From the NCBI GenBank assembly GCA_039096225.1, contig JBBPEB010000032.1, positions 62,001 to 126,000 of the forward strand: a DNA stretch of 64,000 bases, in the 5' to 3' direction. The first letter of the stretch is position 1. Every line of letters begins with the position of its first letter. The notes below the pieces were generated by a model, which saw only the letters and a list, made by a program, of their open reading frames with translations, had not been told where the DNA came from and searched no databases. Shown here piece after piece: positions 1-15,621 of the stretch. Both the position numbers and the translations under genes were made by a program. Origin of the DNA: Blastocystis sp. Blastoise (lineage: Eukaryota > Protista > Bigyra: Opalinata).

Positions 1-3000
1 CATATCTTCAATTTCATTCTTATAATTATCTATCTTATTATTATAATTATTCATTATTTCTATAATCTTCTTTTCATGATATATACTTATAGAATCCATT
101 TCATTCTTATATATAGTATTCATATGTTTTAAAGATATTAATTCAACTTGCTGCTTTTCATTAAAACTATTTAAATTCTTATTTTCTTTCTCTATATATT
201 GATATTTTAATTCTAAAACTTGAATTTCAGCATTTAATCTATGAATCTTATTATTCATTTCTTCTATATTCTTATTATTCTCTTTAATATTTATTAATAA
301 ATTCTTATTTTCTTATATAATTTTATTATATTTATTTAATATAGAATTATATTCATTCTCTTTTATTCCTATTTCTTTTTGTAATAATATTATTATAGAT
401 ATATATTTTGTAGATAAAGAAGAAGATATAGAATTCTCTTCTAATATTGTATTACATAAAGATTGAATCTTATTATCTTTTATAAAAGTTATTAATTTAT
501 TCATTTCTGTTTTATATTCAGAATCAGACATATATATAAATTCAGAATCAGAAGATTCGGATGAACTAGAAGAACTAGAAGAATCAGATAAACTAGAAGA
601 ATATATTTTTTGTTTTTCTTTCTTTTGTTGTAACATAACATATTTTGATACATTTTCTAATAATAAAGAAATTTCTGATGATTTTTCGGTTAAATCATTC
701 TTTAATTGATTAATAAGAATAATCTTATTCTGTAATTCATCTTTATATACTTCTATATCTTTATTATATTGAATTAATTCTTCTTCTAATTTACTTATTA
801 TTTTCTTTTTATCATTTAATTCACTTAATATATTTAATTTTTCATTTTTAATATCATCTATCTCATTATTCATAAGATTATTTATATTTCGTTCTTCTAT
901 TAATTTTGATTTTGATTTCATATATTCATCTTGTACTACTTTTGTTAATTCACTATATTCATCTAATTTATTCTTATAAGAAGATTCTATAGTAGTTATT
1001 TGTTTCTTTAATGAATCAATTTCTAATTCATAACTATCTATCATTTCTTTAAATTGATTATTACTATTCATATTATCAGTTAATAAACGAACTCGTGTAT
1101 TTAATTCTATATTCTCAATCTCCATCTTTTTATATAATTCATCAAGTTCATTCTTTGAAGTTATAACTGTATTTAATGCTATTTTCATCTCTTCTAAAGA
1201 AACTTCTACATCATTTTTCTTAGTTAATAACTTATTATTATCTTCTAAAAGTGAATTATTATTTATTTTCAATTCTTTTATTTCATTCATTAAAGAAGTT
1301 ATAGTATTATTCATCAATTTAGTTGATTCAATTAATGATATATTCTTATCTGATATATCTTTATTCAATATATTTATATTATTTAGATCTTCTTCTAATG
1401 ATGATTTCTCTTTTAATAATTCAGAATTCTTTATAGATATTTCATTTATAGAAGTAGATAAAGTATTCTTTTCATTTGTTATTAATTGATTCTTTTCTTC
1501 TAAAGAATGAATACTAGTATTTAATGTTGAAATAGTCTCTGATAAACTATGATTCTCATCAACTATTAAGGTATACTTAGTCGATAAAGTCGTATTTGTT
1601 AATGATAATGTTGATATATTCGATTTCAAATCTATTATTGTATTCTCTAAGGTACTACTAGTAGTTGATAATTCTTCATTTGTTTTCTTAAGAGAAGTAT
1701 TATCTGTAGTTAATTGAGTATTATTAGTTAATAATTCTTCATTTATTTTCTTAAGAGAAGAATTAGTATCAGTTAATTGAGTATTAGTAGTAGATAATTC
1801 TTCATTCGTTTTCTTAAGAGAAGTAATATTTGTAGACAATTCAGTATTATCATTAAGTAATTTAGTATTATAAGTAGATAAATCTTCGTTAATCATTTTA
1901 AGTGAAGAATTTTCATCAGTTAATTGAGTATTAGTAGTAGATAATTCTTCATTCGTCTTCTTAAGAGAAGAATTAGTAGCAGATAATTCTGAATTATCAT
2001 CAATTAACTTAGTATTATAAATAGATAATTCTTCATTAGTATTCTTAAATGAAGAAATATTATCAGTTAATTGAGTATTAGTAGTAGATAACTTTGAATT
2101 CTCATCAGTTAATTGAATATTATTATTTAATAATTCTTCATTAGTCTTCTTAAGTGAAATATTATCATTAGTTAATTGAGTATTAGCATTTATTAATTCT
2201 TCATTAGTATTTTTAAGAGAAGAATTAGTAGTTGATATTTCAGTATTATCATCAATTAACTTAGTATTATAAGTAGATAATTCTTCATTCGTCTTCTTTA
2301 GAGAAGAATTTTCATCAGTTAATTGAGTATTAGTAGTTGATAATTCCTCATTAGTATTTTTAAGAGAAGAAATATCATCAGTTAATTGAGTATTAGTAGT
2401 TGATAACTTTGAATTTTCATCAATTAACTTATTATTATAAGTAGATAATTCTTCATTCGTCTTCTTAAGTGAAATATTATCATTAGTTAATTGAGTATTA
2501 GCATTTAATAATTCTTCATTAGTATTTTTAAATGAAGAATTTTCATCAATTAACTTATTATTATAAGTAGATAATTCTTCATTCGTTTTCTTTAGAGAAG
2601 AATTCTCATCAGTTAATTGAGTATTAATAGTTGATAACTTTGAATTATCATCAATTAACTTATTATTATTATTTAATAATTCTTCATTCGTCTTTTTAAG
2701 TGAAGTATTATTATTAATTACTTGTTGATTTTCATTATCTAATTCATTAGCAGCATTTGTTAATTCTTCATTAGCTTTTTGTATACCCATAAAATCATTA
2801 TATAAATGATCATAATTCAACTTTAATTGATTATTATCTTCAACTAATACAGTATTCTTATTCAATAATAATTCATTATTATCTTTTAAAGAAGAATTCT
2901 CATTTATTAATACAATATTTGTATCTTGAATTGTCTTTAACATAGTGTCTATTTCTATATTCTTATTACTTAAAGTAATATTTTCATTATGTAATAATAT

Positions 3001-3057
3001 ATTATAATCATGATATTCATTTATCTTCTTCATGACTAACAATTGTTTCGATTCAAT
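1..3057 (-). CDS. In-frame continuation of the giant coiled-coil frame beyond TAA 3058-3060 and TAA 313-315 (readthrough extension, decaying 3' part, or base-call error); runs off the window
   Basis: After ...EQKT-TAA the same frame reads IESKQLLVMKK... for 914 codons. After ...NKII-TAA it reads ENKNLLINIKENNKNIEEMNNKIHRLNAEIQ... for 104 codons to position 1 with no further stop. Confidence 0.65.
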
Positions 3058-4430
3058 TTAAGTCTTTTGTTCTATAATAATATTCTTTAAAGAAAGTATT
3101 TCTTTATGAAGATCATTCACTTGCTGTTGAATCAGTCGTTCTTTCTTTAACAACTCTTTATTAGTTGATAACAATTGTTCTTTATCTTCATTAAGAGAAA
3201 GAATAATAGTCTCTTTATTCTTTAATGTAGAAACATAAACTTCTTTTTCATTTATTAATGAATTCATACTATTTGATAAAGATTCTTTTACAGTTATTAA
3301 ATCATTCATAGTATTAGTAAGAGATGTTTTATCTTCTATTAATTTCGTATTCTCTATTTGTAATGAATGATATATATCATCTATTTCTTTATTCTTAGAA
3401 ACTAATTCATTATTAGTCTCTAATAAAATAGTATAATTATGCTCTAAATCCTTATATTGAGAAGCTAAAGTATTTTTAGTAGTCGATAATTCATTATTAG
3501 AAGTTGTTAACTCAGTAATCTTACTAGTTAATTCAGTATTCTTATCAATAAGATTATTATTATTATCAGTTAACTCAATATTCTTAGTAGTTAATTCAGT
3601 ATTCTTAGTAGCTAATTCAGTATTCTTAGTAGCTAATTCAGTATTCTTAGTAGCTAATTCATTATTCTTAATAGTTAATTCAGTATTCTTATCATTAAGA
3701 TCGTTATTATTATCAGTTAATTCGTTATTCTTATCAATAAGCTCCTTATTCTTATCAGTTAACTCAGTATTCTTATCAATAAGATTATTATTAGTATTAG
3801 TTAATTCAGTAATCTTATTAATAAGATTATTATTATTATCAGTTAACTCAGTAATCTTAGTAGTTAATCCATTATTATTATCAGTTAATTCAGTAATCTT
3901 ATCAACAAGATTATTATTATTATCAGTTAATTCAGTAATCTTAGAAGTTAATTCATTATTAATATCAGTTAATTCATTATTCTTATTAATAAGATTATTA
4001 CTAGTAGTAGTTAATTCATTATTCTTATCAATAAGATCGTTATTAGTAGTAGTTAACTCATTATTCTTAGTAACAAGATTATTCTTAGTATCAGTTAACT
4101 CAGTATTCTTAGTAGTTAATTCATTATTCTTATCAATAAGATCGTTATTATCATCAGTTAATTCAGTAATCTTAGTAGTTAATTCATTATTAATACCAGT
4201 TAATTCATTATTCTTAGCATCAAATTCATTATTCTTATCAGTTAACTCAGTTATCTTATCAACAAGATTCTTATTACTATCAGTTATTTCATTATTAATA
4301 TCATTTATTTCAGTTATCTTATCAACAAGATTAGTATTATTAGCAATTAATTCATTATTACTATCAATAAGATAATTATTAGTATCAGTTAATTCTATAT
4401 TCTTATGAATTAATTCATTATTCTTATTAT
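1670..4430 (-). repeat. Coding heptad (21-nt-based) repeat arrays, e.g. NNELTDK / TNEELST / NTQLTDE
   Basis: Two arrays, at ~3480-4430 and ~1670-2720, with 7-aa periodicity visible in both DNA and protein. Confidence 0.85.
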
Positions 4431-7400
4431 GAATTCTACTTATAGAAGAAATAATCATAGTTTCTAAAGAATCAATAGTAGTTTTATTATTATCATCATT
4501 ATCATTAGCATTCGTATCATTAAGGGTAATAATATGATTATAAATATTATTTAACTTATCATTATTCAAAGTATATTGATTGACTATTTCTTTATAATTA
4601 TTATTTAATAATTCATATTTATTCTCAATAGTCAAATTAGATTCTTTTAATTCTTCATAACTATTTAATAATTCAATACTATTATTTTCTAAATATTCAA
4701 TTTTCTTTTGATTCATTATTTCTTTATCATTCATATATACAATAGTCTTATTAATATCTTCAAGAATTGTATCTTTATTATTAATTATCATCGAATAAGA
4801 TTCATTTAAATAATTCATATTCTTACGTATTAACTCTTTATTCTCTTTAAAGAATTCAGTTAAATCATTAGTTGTTCCATTTGTTAATAATAAATTACTT
4901 GTTAATAGTTCAAATCCATTCATATTCTTATTCATATAAATATCTGAATCCTTTTTCATTATACGATAATCATCAAGTATATCGAATAATTGACTGAATA
5001 ACTCAATCATAAGGGCATTATCGTTATTATTAGCATTATTATTATCATTATTATTATCTTTATTAATTAAATTCTTTAGCATATTTAAGATAGTTTCTTT
5101 ATTTAAATCTTGATTAGTTCCATGAATATAAGTAATACTATTATATAATAATACTTTAAAGGAATATAACATAGTCTTACTATAATTATAATCACTAAAA
5201 TAATCAATAAATCGTTTTTCATTCTCAAATAATAAATTACTATAACTTATATAAATATTATTTTGAGTTTCAAGAATTACTTTATAACGTTCAGATAAAG
5301 TATTATATTTATTAATAATACTATTCATTTGTTCAACATAAGTATTATTCATTTCAACTATCTTATTCTTCTTTTCTTCTACTATCTGTTGAGTATTTTC
5401 TAATACATTTTCTATATCTACAAGTTTCTTTGATAAATTAGATTTATCTTCTTGTAATTGAGTAATTATCTCTTTATCTTTCTTAATAATAGTTGTTAAA
5501 CTATCTAATTCTGATTTATAATATACATTATTAATATCAGTTACATTCATTTTATATATATCCATTTCTAAAAGAGACTTTTTAATTTCATTATCTTTAA
5601 TAGCATTAACAGAAGTATTCATTTGATCAGATAAAACTTCTATTTCATTCTTCTTTGTCATATATTCTTTTAATAATAAATCAATATTTTCATATTGTTT
5701 CATATATAACATACATATATCTTCATATTGGAATAAATCTTTAAAAGAACCATTCTGAATATCTTCTAATGGCATATTAATACTTGGTTTATCACTACTT
5801 TCAATACAAGAAGGAATCTTTACAAATAATATATTTGTAATTAATTTTAATGAACCTTCTAAAGTACTTAATATATGACGTGTTGCTCTAGTTACAGAAA
5901 ATAATATATTTGAATCAGTTTCAGATATACAAATAGTTTCTATCTTATTATCTTGATCTATACCCATTATTTCAGAAATAGGATTAAAATAATTAATCAT
6001 ATAATTATATATCTTTTTATAATTATCTTCAAGAATACGATTATAAAGAGATTTTGAATTAGCATCATTTCTTAATGAACGAACTTTATTTTGTAATTGA
6101 TCTAATTCTTCTTCTAATTCATCATTTTCTTTCTTTTTATTATGATAAAGTTCTGTTAAATTATCAAGTCTTTGTTGATAATTCGATATTAATATATTCA
6201 ATTTCGTTTGATTTAATACTAATTCACGATTCTTTGTAGATAATGAAATTATTTGTTGCTGTTTCTTACTTGTAGCATTCTTATTCTTATTCTTATTATT
6301 AGCAACTATTTTCTCTATACGATCTTCTAAGCTATCAATAGTCTTTTGAAGACATTCTTTCTCTTTAGTAAGAGTAGTAGTCGAAGAAGATAATTCTTCT
6401 TTCTCTTTAGTAAGAGATATATTCTTCGTAGTAAGACTAGTATTAGTAGAAATAAGTTGCTCTTTCTCTTGAATAAGAGTAGTATTAGTAGAAGATAATT
6501 CTTCAATCTTAGTAGTAAGAGTATTATTAGTAGAAGATAAATCTTCTTTCTCTTGAATTAGAGTACCATTAGTAGTAGATAAATCTTCAATCTTAGTATT
6601 AAGAGTATTATTAGTAGTAGATAAATCTTCAATCTTCTTATTAAGAGTAACATTAGTAGAAGACAAATTTTCTTTCTCTTGAATAAGAGTATTATTAGTA
6701 GTAGATAAATCTTCAATCTTCTTATTAAGAGTATTATTAACAGTAGATAAATCTTCAATCTTAGTATTAAGAGTATTATTAACAGTAGATAAATCTTCTT
6801 TCTCTTTATGAAGAGTATTAATTTGATGAATTAATTCTTCTTTACGTTTAGTAGAAGTATAAAGTTTATTATTAAGATCTTCTTTGATCTTCTTTATATT
6901 TTCATTATCTTTCTCTAATTCTTCTTTAGCTTTTACTAAGGAATTAATAGTTATTTTATTCTCTTCAATAGTATTAGTAAGAGATGTATTAGTATCAACT
7001 AAGGTATTATTAGTAGAAGAAAGAGTAGATATTTGTTTTTCAAGATCTTCATTTGTAGCAATTAATTCATTATTTATACTTAATAAAGTAGTATTAGTAG
7101 AAGAAACAGTCTCGAAATTATCTTTTAATTCATCTTTTTCAGAAGATAATGTAGTTACTTGAGTTATTAAATCTTCTTTCTCTTGAATAAGAGTAGTGTT
7201 AATAGTAGATAAATCTTCTTTCTCTTGAATAAGAGTAGCATTAGTAGCAGACAAATCTTCAATCTTAGTAGTAAGAGAATTATTAGTAGAAGATAAATCT
7301 TCAATCTTAGTAATAAGAGAATTATTAGCAGTAGATAAATCTTCAATCTTATTATTAAGAGAATTATTAGCAGTAGATATATCTTCTTTTTCTTTAATAA

Positions 7401-10400
7401 GAATAGCATTAGCAGTAGATAAATCTTCTTTTTCTTTATTAAGAGTATTATTAACAGTAGATAAATCTTCAATTTTATTATTAAGAGTATTATTAACAGC
7501 AGATAAATCTTCAATCTTATTATTAAGAGTATTATTAACAGTAGATAAATCTTCTTTTTCTTTATTAAGAGTATTATTAATATTCGATAATTCTTCTTTT
7601 TCAGATAATAACTTTTCATTATGACTAACTAAAGTATTATTTTCTAAATTAACTTTAGAATATTTTGCATGAATATCGATATTTTCTTCAAGTAAATGAG
7701 AATTCTTCTTTTCAATATCTTCAATAGTTTTACAAGATATATCATATTTTACTTGTATATCTTCATTCTTCTTTATTATTTCAGAATTATTAGTTAATAA
7801 TGAAGATATATGTATATCTTTTTCAGAAATATCTTTCGACATTTTATTATTCTTATTTTCAAGTAATTTATTTTCTTGTAAAATAGTACTATTATGTTTC
7901 ATTAATTCTTCATTCTTTTGAAGTAATAGTTGATTCTTATCATTAAGATCGTCATTCTTTTGAAGTAATAGTTGATTCTTATTATTAAGATCATCATAAT
8001 TCTTTCTATTAATAGTATCTTCATTTCTTAAAGCATTATATAATTTATTAATTTGAAGAGAATAATCTCTTTCAGAATCTAATTCACATTTTAATTGATT
8101 ATTCTTTACTATTATAATACTATAACGATGTTCAGAATCATTAAATAATACTTCTAATGATTTTATCTTCTCTTTTAATTTAGTATTCTCAAATAATACT
8201 AATTTACAATCATTATATATACTATCTAATCTCTTTGTTAGTATATCAATTTTCTCATTATATTCATCAAGTGGTAATTGTTCTAAATTGAACTTATAAT
8301 TATTAATAATTTCACTTATAGTATGAATTTCTCTATCATAAATTAGTTTATTCTCTTCAATAGTATTTTGAAGATCTATAATTTTATTTTCATTAGCAGC
8401 AATATTTGTCTTTGATAAATCATTCTTTATTAATAAAGTATTAATCAAAGTATTCAATTGTTTTGTTTCATTATATATAGAAACAGAATCATCTTCATAT
8501 AATTTAACTTGATATTTCAATGATTTATTCTCTTTTACTATTTCTTCATATTCTTCTTTTGGAATAGTTATAGTTATAGAAGAAGAAGAAGATATAGATT
8601 CTTCAGATAGAGGTATAGTTGTAGTAGATAATATTTCTTGAGAAATAGGAATATTAGTTTTATTAGTATTAGTATTATTATCAGTTAATATATTTTCTTG
8701 AGAAATAGGAATATCAGTTTTATTAGTATCATTATTATCAACAGATAATATTTCATTATTATTATCATAATTATTATCAACAGATAGAATTTCATTATTA
8801 TTATCATCATTATTATCAACAGATAATATTTCATTATTATTATTATTATTATCAACAGATAGAATTTCATTATTATAATTATCAACAACTAGATTTTCAT
8901 TATTCTTTTCAGAATAATAAGAAGAAGGAGAAGAAATAGATTGTTCTTTATCCATTATATGATCATTAATATTATTATTTGGTAGTATATCAAGTGTAGA
9001 ATTAAATGGTGAATAAGGATCTTTATAATGATTACTATATAAAGAAGGTATAGTTAATAAATCATTATACACTTGTTCTAATATAGAAGAAGTAGTTGTC
9101 ATTAATAAAGGACATTCATTATTAATCATAGTATTCATAGTATTATTATGAATATCATTTTCTATAATCATATTAAATAATATTTGATGTAAACAATCAT
9201 ATATAGGTCCATCTATTTGAGAAACATGATTATTCTTTAAAATAGTATCAATATATTTAATACATCGATCATATATATATTCATAATAAACTTTTTCAGT
9301 TTCATTCGTATAACTATTTACAGTTTTTTCCATAGTTATATCTTTATTAAGAATAGTATCTGTTATTGATTTATTCGATATCATAATATTAAATACAATT
9401 TGATGTAAGAAATCATAAATAGGTCCATTTAAATCAGCAACTTTATTCTCTAATATAGAATCTATATATTGAATACAAAGAGAACTTACTTGCTCATAAT
9501 ATTCTTTTTCTTCTTCATTCGTATAACTATCTACAGTCTTTTCAACAGAGAAATCTTTATTAATAGCAGTAGTAGTAGTCATAGTTATACCATTAATCAT
9601 AACATTAAATAATATCTTATGTAAATTATCATAAATAGAACCATCTAAATCTATAATATTATTATCGATCATTAAATTATTAAGATATGTATTACATAAA
9701 TTATTTATATATTCATAATAATCTTTCTCTTCTTCATTAGTATAACTATTTACAGTCTTTTCTATAGTTATATCGTTAAGAGAAGAAGGGCTTTCAAGGA
9801 TAGTGCTTTCATTATTATTATCTTCATTATTATTGTTATCTTCGTTATTATTGTTATCTTCGTTATTATTATTATCAATAATATCACTATTATTATCTTC
9901 ATTATTATTATCGATCATTAAATTATTATTATTATCTTCATTATTATTATTATTGACAATAATATCACTATTATTATTATCAACAACACTATTATATTCA
10001 CTACTATCCTTATCATACTTAGTTAATAGAGTAGGAGTTTCACCTGTTTGAAGAATAGTATTTACTACATACATAATATCAGTAGCATTATTAAAATGTT
10101 TATCAACATAATTCTTTAAAGAAGATAATTCTTTCTTATTCTTCTTATCCTGAGTGACTAATGTTATTATATGTTGATATAAAATTTGAATAAAACTTTC
10201 ATAAAATTTATTCTTATTTTCTATCTTCTTTTCTTCTTTTATTTCTACTTCATCAATATCATCAGGTCCAATAAATGTTTCTTCTAAAATATTACCATCT
10301 TCATCTGCTTCTTTTAATGCTTCTTCTATAGGACTACCAGGTAATATATTCATATTCTCGTTCTTATTATCAGAACTAGAAGGAGAAATAGGAGAAGGAG

Positions 10401-13400
10401 AAGGAGAAGAAGAAGAATTCGAAACAGATTCAATATTTTCTAAATCTTCTTCATTTTCAAGTAACATACTTAAAGGTTTAGCAAGAGGTTTTCCTTTCAT
10501 ATGTTTATTAACTTGTTTCATAAAGAAATTCTTTTTCTTCATTTCTAAAGGATCTAATTTACTTAAGAATAAAGTACGATCAAAATCATCTAAATCACCT
10601 TCATCAGATTCTTCTTCAGTATTATTATTATTAGTATTAGTATTATCATCATCAGATGATGATGATAATGAAGAAGAACGACGAGTACGATAAGTTATAT
10701 GACAATCATCAAGAATTGGTGATGTCTTTTCTTCTTCTTCATCTTCATCAAGAAGAGATTTATTATTATTGTTATTATTAGTTAACTTATCTTCTTCTTC
10801 ATCTTCATCAAGAAGAGAACTGTTATTATTATTATTAGTTAACTTATCTTCTTCTTCATCTTCATCAAGAAGAGAACTGTTATTATTATTATTAGTTAAC
10901 TTATCTTCTTCTTCTTCATCTTCATCAAGAAGAGATTTATTATTATTATTATTAACTAATTCATCATCTTCTTCATCTTCATCAAGAAGAGATTTATTAT
11001 TAATAACATTTTCTTTTTCTTCTTCTTCTTTGACATCATTATCATTATCATTATCAACAAATGAAACATATTTTCTACGACTAGAAACATTATTGATATC
11101 ACTATCTAAGTTATTTTCTTCTTCTTTTTCATCTTCATCTTCATCTTCTTCAATAAATGAATAAGAAGTTCTACGTGGAGAAGGTGTATCTTTATTACTA
11201 TCAGTACTACTACTACTACTAGTTATAGGTGTTTCTATAATATCTTCTTTAGGTATAGAATCAATAGAACTAGTATCTAATACAGTTTCTTCAGTAGAAG
11301 GAATATCAAATGTATTATTATTATCACTAATAATAGAAGTAGTTGTATCAACAACAGGAAGAGTATTCTCATGAAGAATCTCTTTAATATAATCATATAG
11401 AGGTTGTCCTATTGCTGGAGTAATAATAATAATATCATCATCTTTAGTAGAAGTACTTGTAGTTACAGTAGTAGAAGTACATGTACCTACTGTTTCATTA
11501 ACATGTTCATACTTATCACTAATAATAGTATCATTAGGAGTACTTATATTCTCTATACTATGTTCACTAGGTTCAACTATATCAGTATTATTAGTCTCTA
11601 TATTCATAGTAGGTATTACTTTATCATTTGATTCATAATATTCTTGATCATAATAACCATCATTATTATTATAAACATCACCATTATAATCAATATTATT
11701 ATTATAATCAACATTATTATCATAATCAACATTATTATCATAAGCATCACCATTATAATCAACATTATTATCATAATTACCATTATAATCAACATTATTA
11801 TAATCATCACCATTATAATCTTCAGGGTAATATCCTTGTTCATAATAAGCATCATAACCTATAGGTAAATCATCATGAATATAATTAGTAGTATTTATAT
11901 CTATATTCTTATTAGATAGATCTACTAAAGGAATAATAGTTTCATGATCATGAATACTAAATAATAATTTAGAATCAAAAGGATGAATATCTTCTTGAAC
12001 TTTTTCATTATCTAATAATGCATTAATATCTTCAATAATATTTTCATCTAAATCATTAAATAAATAAGTATAAGCTCTTAATACTCTATTAATATCATTA
12101 TTTTGGTCTTCATATCCACGTATAGTATAACATAAAGAACAAATAATAGATTCATGTTTATCAACAGTATTTAACATATCATAACAATCACTAGCAAGGG
12201 TTTGATAATCTTTAGATACTTTAAATTGTTTCCATGATTCAGAACATAAACAATAATTATATTCACTTGATAAAACATCATTCATTAAATCCATCTTATC
12301 TTTTGTCTTATTATTCGAAATATCTTCTACACAAAAAACATCATATTTAATATTTGAAATAGGATCTATATAAGGCATAGAATGACTTAATAATCCTGAT
12401 TCTCTAACAAAATCTTCCATAGTATAAATATGTTTATTTGAATCTATATTGATATTTGTATTCATCTTAAACATATTATTAATATCATTACTACTTAAAG
12501 ATACATTACATTCTTTATTATAATCAGGATATTTACGTGACATATATTCAGGATATTCTTGTTTTTCTATTTCTCTTTCTAGTTGAATATTATTATAATT
12601 ATAATGTTTATCACGTTCAGCAATACGACAAGGAGTAATATCATTATAAAAGCCATATAATACTATATACATTAATTGATGTATATCCATACTACGAACA
12701 GAAACAGGTAATTGTTTATCAATTTTTTCTTGTTCTTCTTTTGATAAATAATCTTCTTTTGGTCTTTCAAAGAAATCTAAAATCTCATTAGGAACTAAAG
12801 ACCATACAGAAAATTGTCTATAAGGTTCATGATAAGATACTAAGAAATAACATAACATATAAGTTTCATAAGGATATTTCTTAGCAAAATCTTTTTCATG
12901 ATAAATTATATAATTCTCAGGAGGTTTATAAACATAACTATGTTGAGGAATTCTATTATATATATTATTATCTTCTAATGTTCTATACAAAAAGATAAAA
13001 TCTTTATTAAATAATTGATAAGCAGTAACACCATAACCTATATATAAACGAATATCTATATTAAATAATATAAATATTCCACTAACCATATTAGTATACC
13101 AAGTAACATTCTCTATTTTTTCATAATTTCGAATAATTAACATAGAAATAAGAGAAGTTAAACCTAAAACCATATGATCAAGACTACCTGAATTCTCTTT
13201 ACAATCTTTAAATTCAGCTACTTCACATAATCTATTTATTTTAATAGCTTCTAAAAAACAAAGAAGTTTTCTTATTCCCTCATCTTTTGATTTACTAAGA
13301 GCTTTTATTGCTTTACTATTCTTTTCTAATTTAGCATAATCATTATATAAAAGTTCATAACGTTTTAATATTATTTTATTATGATCAAGTTGATTCTTTA

Positions 13401-15577
13401 AATATTGAATTTGACTTTCTTTAATACGTAATTCTTCTTCTAATTTACGAATTCTATCATATTTATCATCAATATTATTACCTGAATTTAACATATCTTG
13501 TCTTAATTCTTCCATAGTAGCTTGATTATCATCATATATTTGTTTATCAATAACAACACATTTATGACCACTTAATTCAAAATCAATTATTAAAGGTTTT
13601 AATGATTGTAAACCTTCAAGTATAGCCATTCTATCATAAGTAATAGGTTTAACATTAGTATTACCAGTAATTTTAAGTAAATCATTATATTTATTAACAG
13701 CAGCAGTACATTCATCATTTATCATAATTATCATATTCTCATATTTACTACATAATAATTCACTCTTAACAGAAGCAGCACGAGCCTTATCTAATTTTTC
13801 ACTTAATTCATTTATTTGATGTTTATATTCTTCACATTGAGCATTCACATTATATTCACTCTTAGCTTTATCTAAATAACGAACAGAAAAAACTTCAAAA
13901 GCTCGTAATAAATTTTCCATATTAATTCGTATTGTTTTTGATGGATTTATAAATATACCAGGTATGTTTTCTTTCTTATGAGTAATTGGATTCTTTCTTT
14001 CAATTTGTAAAGAATCTTCTTGAATTAAATCAACAAATTCTTTATATACATTACGATGTTCATCAGAAAAAGTAGCAAATTGTTCATTTATATATTGCTT
14101 TAAAGCATATTTTTGATCTACATGTTCTAATTTCTTATTTTGATAATTTAAGTGTATAATAGTATTGGATAACTTATTATTTTCTTCAACAAGATCTCTT
14201 ACTATATGTTTTATTCTTGAAAAAGCAATTATAGTCTTTTGATCATCAGAATAACATTCACCTAATAAAGAATCAGTTATTTTATCAATATTATCATCAT
14301 CATTATCATTATCATTATCATTATCATTAGAAGCAGGGGTAGTAGGGATAGTAGTATTAATAGGGGTAGTAGGAATAGTAGTATTAATAGGGGTAGTAGG
14401 AATAGTAGTATTAATAGGGGTAGTAGGAATAGTAGTAGTATTAATATTATCACTATTAGTTTTAACATCACTATTAGTTTTAACATTATCACTATTAGTT
14501 TTAACATTATCACTATTAGTTTTAACATTATCATTAGTTTTAACATCACTATTAACATTAACATTATCATTACTATTAACATTAACATTATTATTATGAA
14601 TAATATTTTCTTTAGATATATTCATTTTGTTACTAATTTGATTCATAATTTCATTAACTTGTTCTTTTATCGTAGCTAATTTAGTTTGTTCATATATTAC
14701 AGATTTTCCTTTTAATAGACCAGCTTCATATCCATTCGTATAATTATAAATAAATTCATCAAAACTAATTTCTTCATGATTATTATTTTCATAAATATAT
14801 GTCCATAATTCATTTATAGTTTCTAATGGGAAACAACAAGCAGCAGATTGCGTTATTATAGTAATAATAGATTTTAAAGCATAACTAAAATAATATTGTT
14901 TATCATCATCAGAAATATCAAGATTCTCAATTATTTTACTTAATCGAACTGGAATATAATTCTTATTCTTTAATAAACCATCAACATCAACTATAAATGA
15001 TAAAGCATAAAAAGATTGTAAAGTAGCATCAACTGTATCTTCATCAGAATTATATTGTTTTAATAAATGAGCACGTAAATCATCAATAGTCTTGATCTTA
15101 TTCATTAATGTATTCAGTTTTTCTTTATTTACTATACTTTGTTCATTACAAACAACATAAGAAGATAATGAATTATTACTATCTATACTCTCTGTACTCT
15201 TCGTACTCTTCATACTCTCTGTACTCTTTCGAGGATGCATAGAACGAATGGATGCTACAGAAAGATTAGGAGAATCTGTTGGTATTAATTCATCAAAATT
15301 AACATCAGATGCTTCTACCCAATGATCTTCATGGCTCTTTCCTAAAGGAGCAAAAGCATGCTTCACTTCCCAATTAGTAGTAGAACCAATACTATAATTA
15401 TCATCATCTATATTATTATTATCATCATCTATATTATTATTAACCAAATTATTATTATTATTAACCAAATTATTATTATTAATATCCCCAATTATTTCAT
15501 TATTATTATTATTATTATTAATATCCCCAATTATTTCATTATTATTATTATTATTATTATTAATATCCCCAATTATT

Positions 15578-15621
<44 letters not shown>

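Noticed and set aside
3036-3120. Possible GTGAAT...TTAG intron removing the first in-frame TAA
   Set aside because: It is 85 nt, shifts the frame into an immediate TGA, and its content is coding-like, unlike the local introns.
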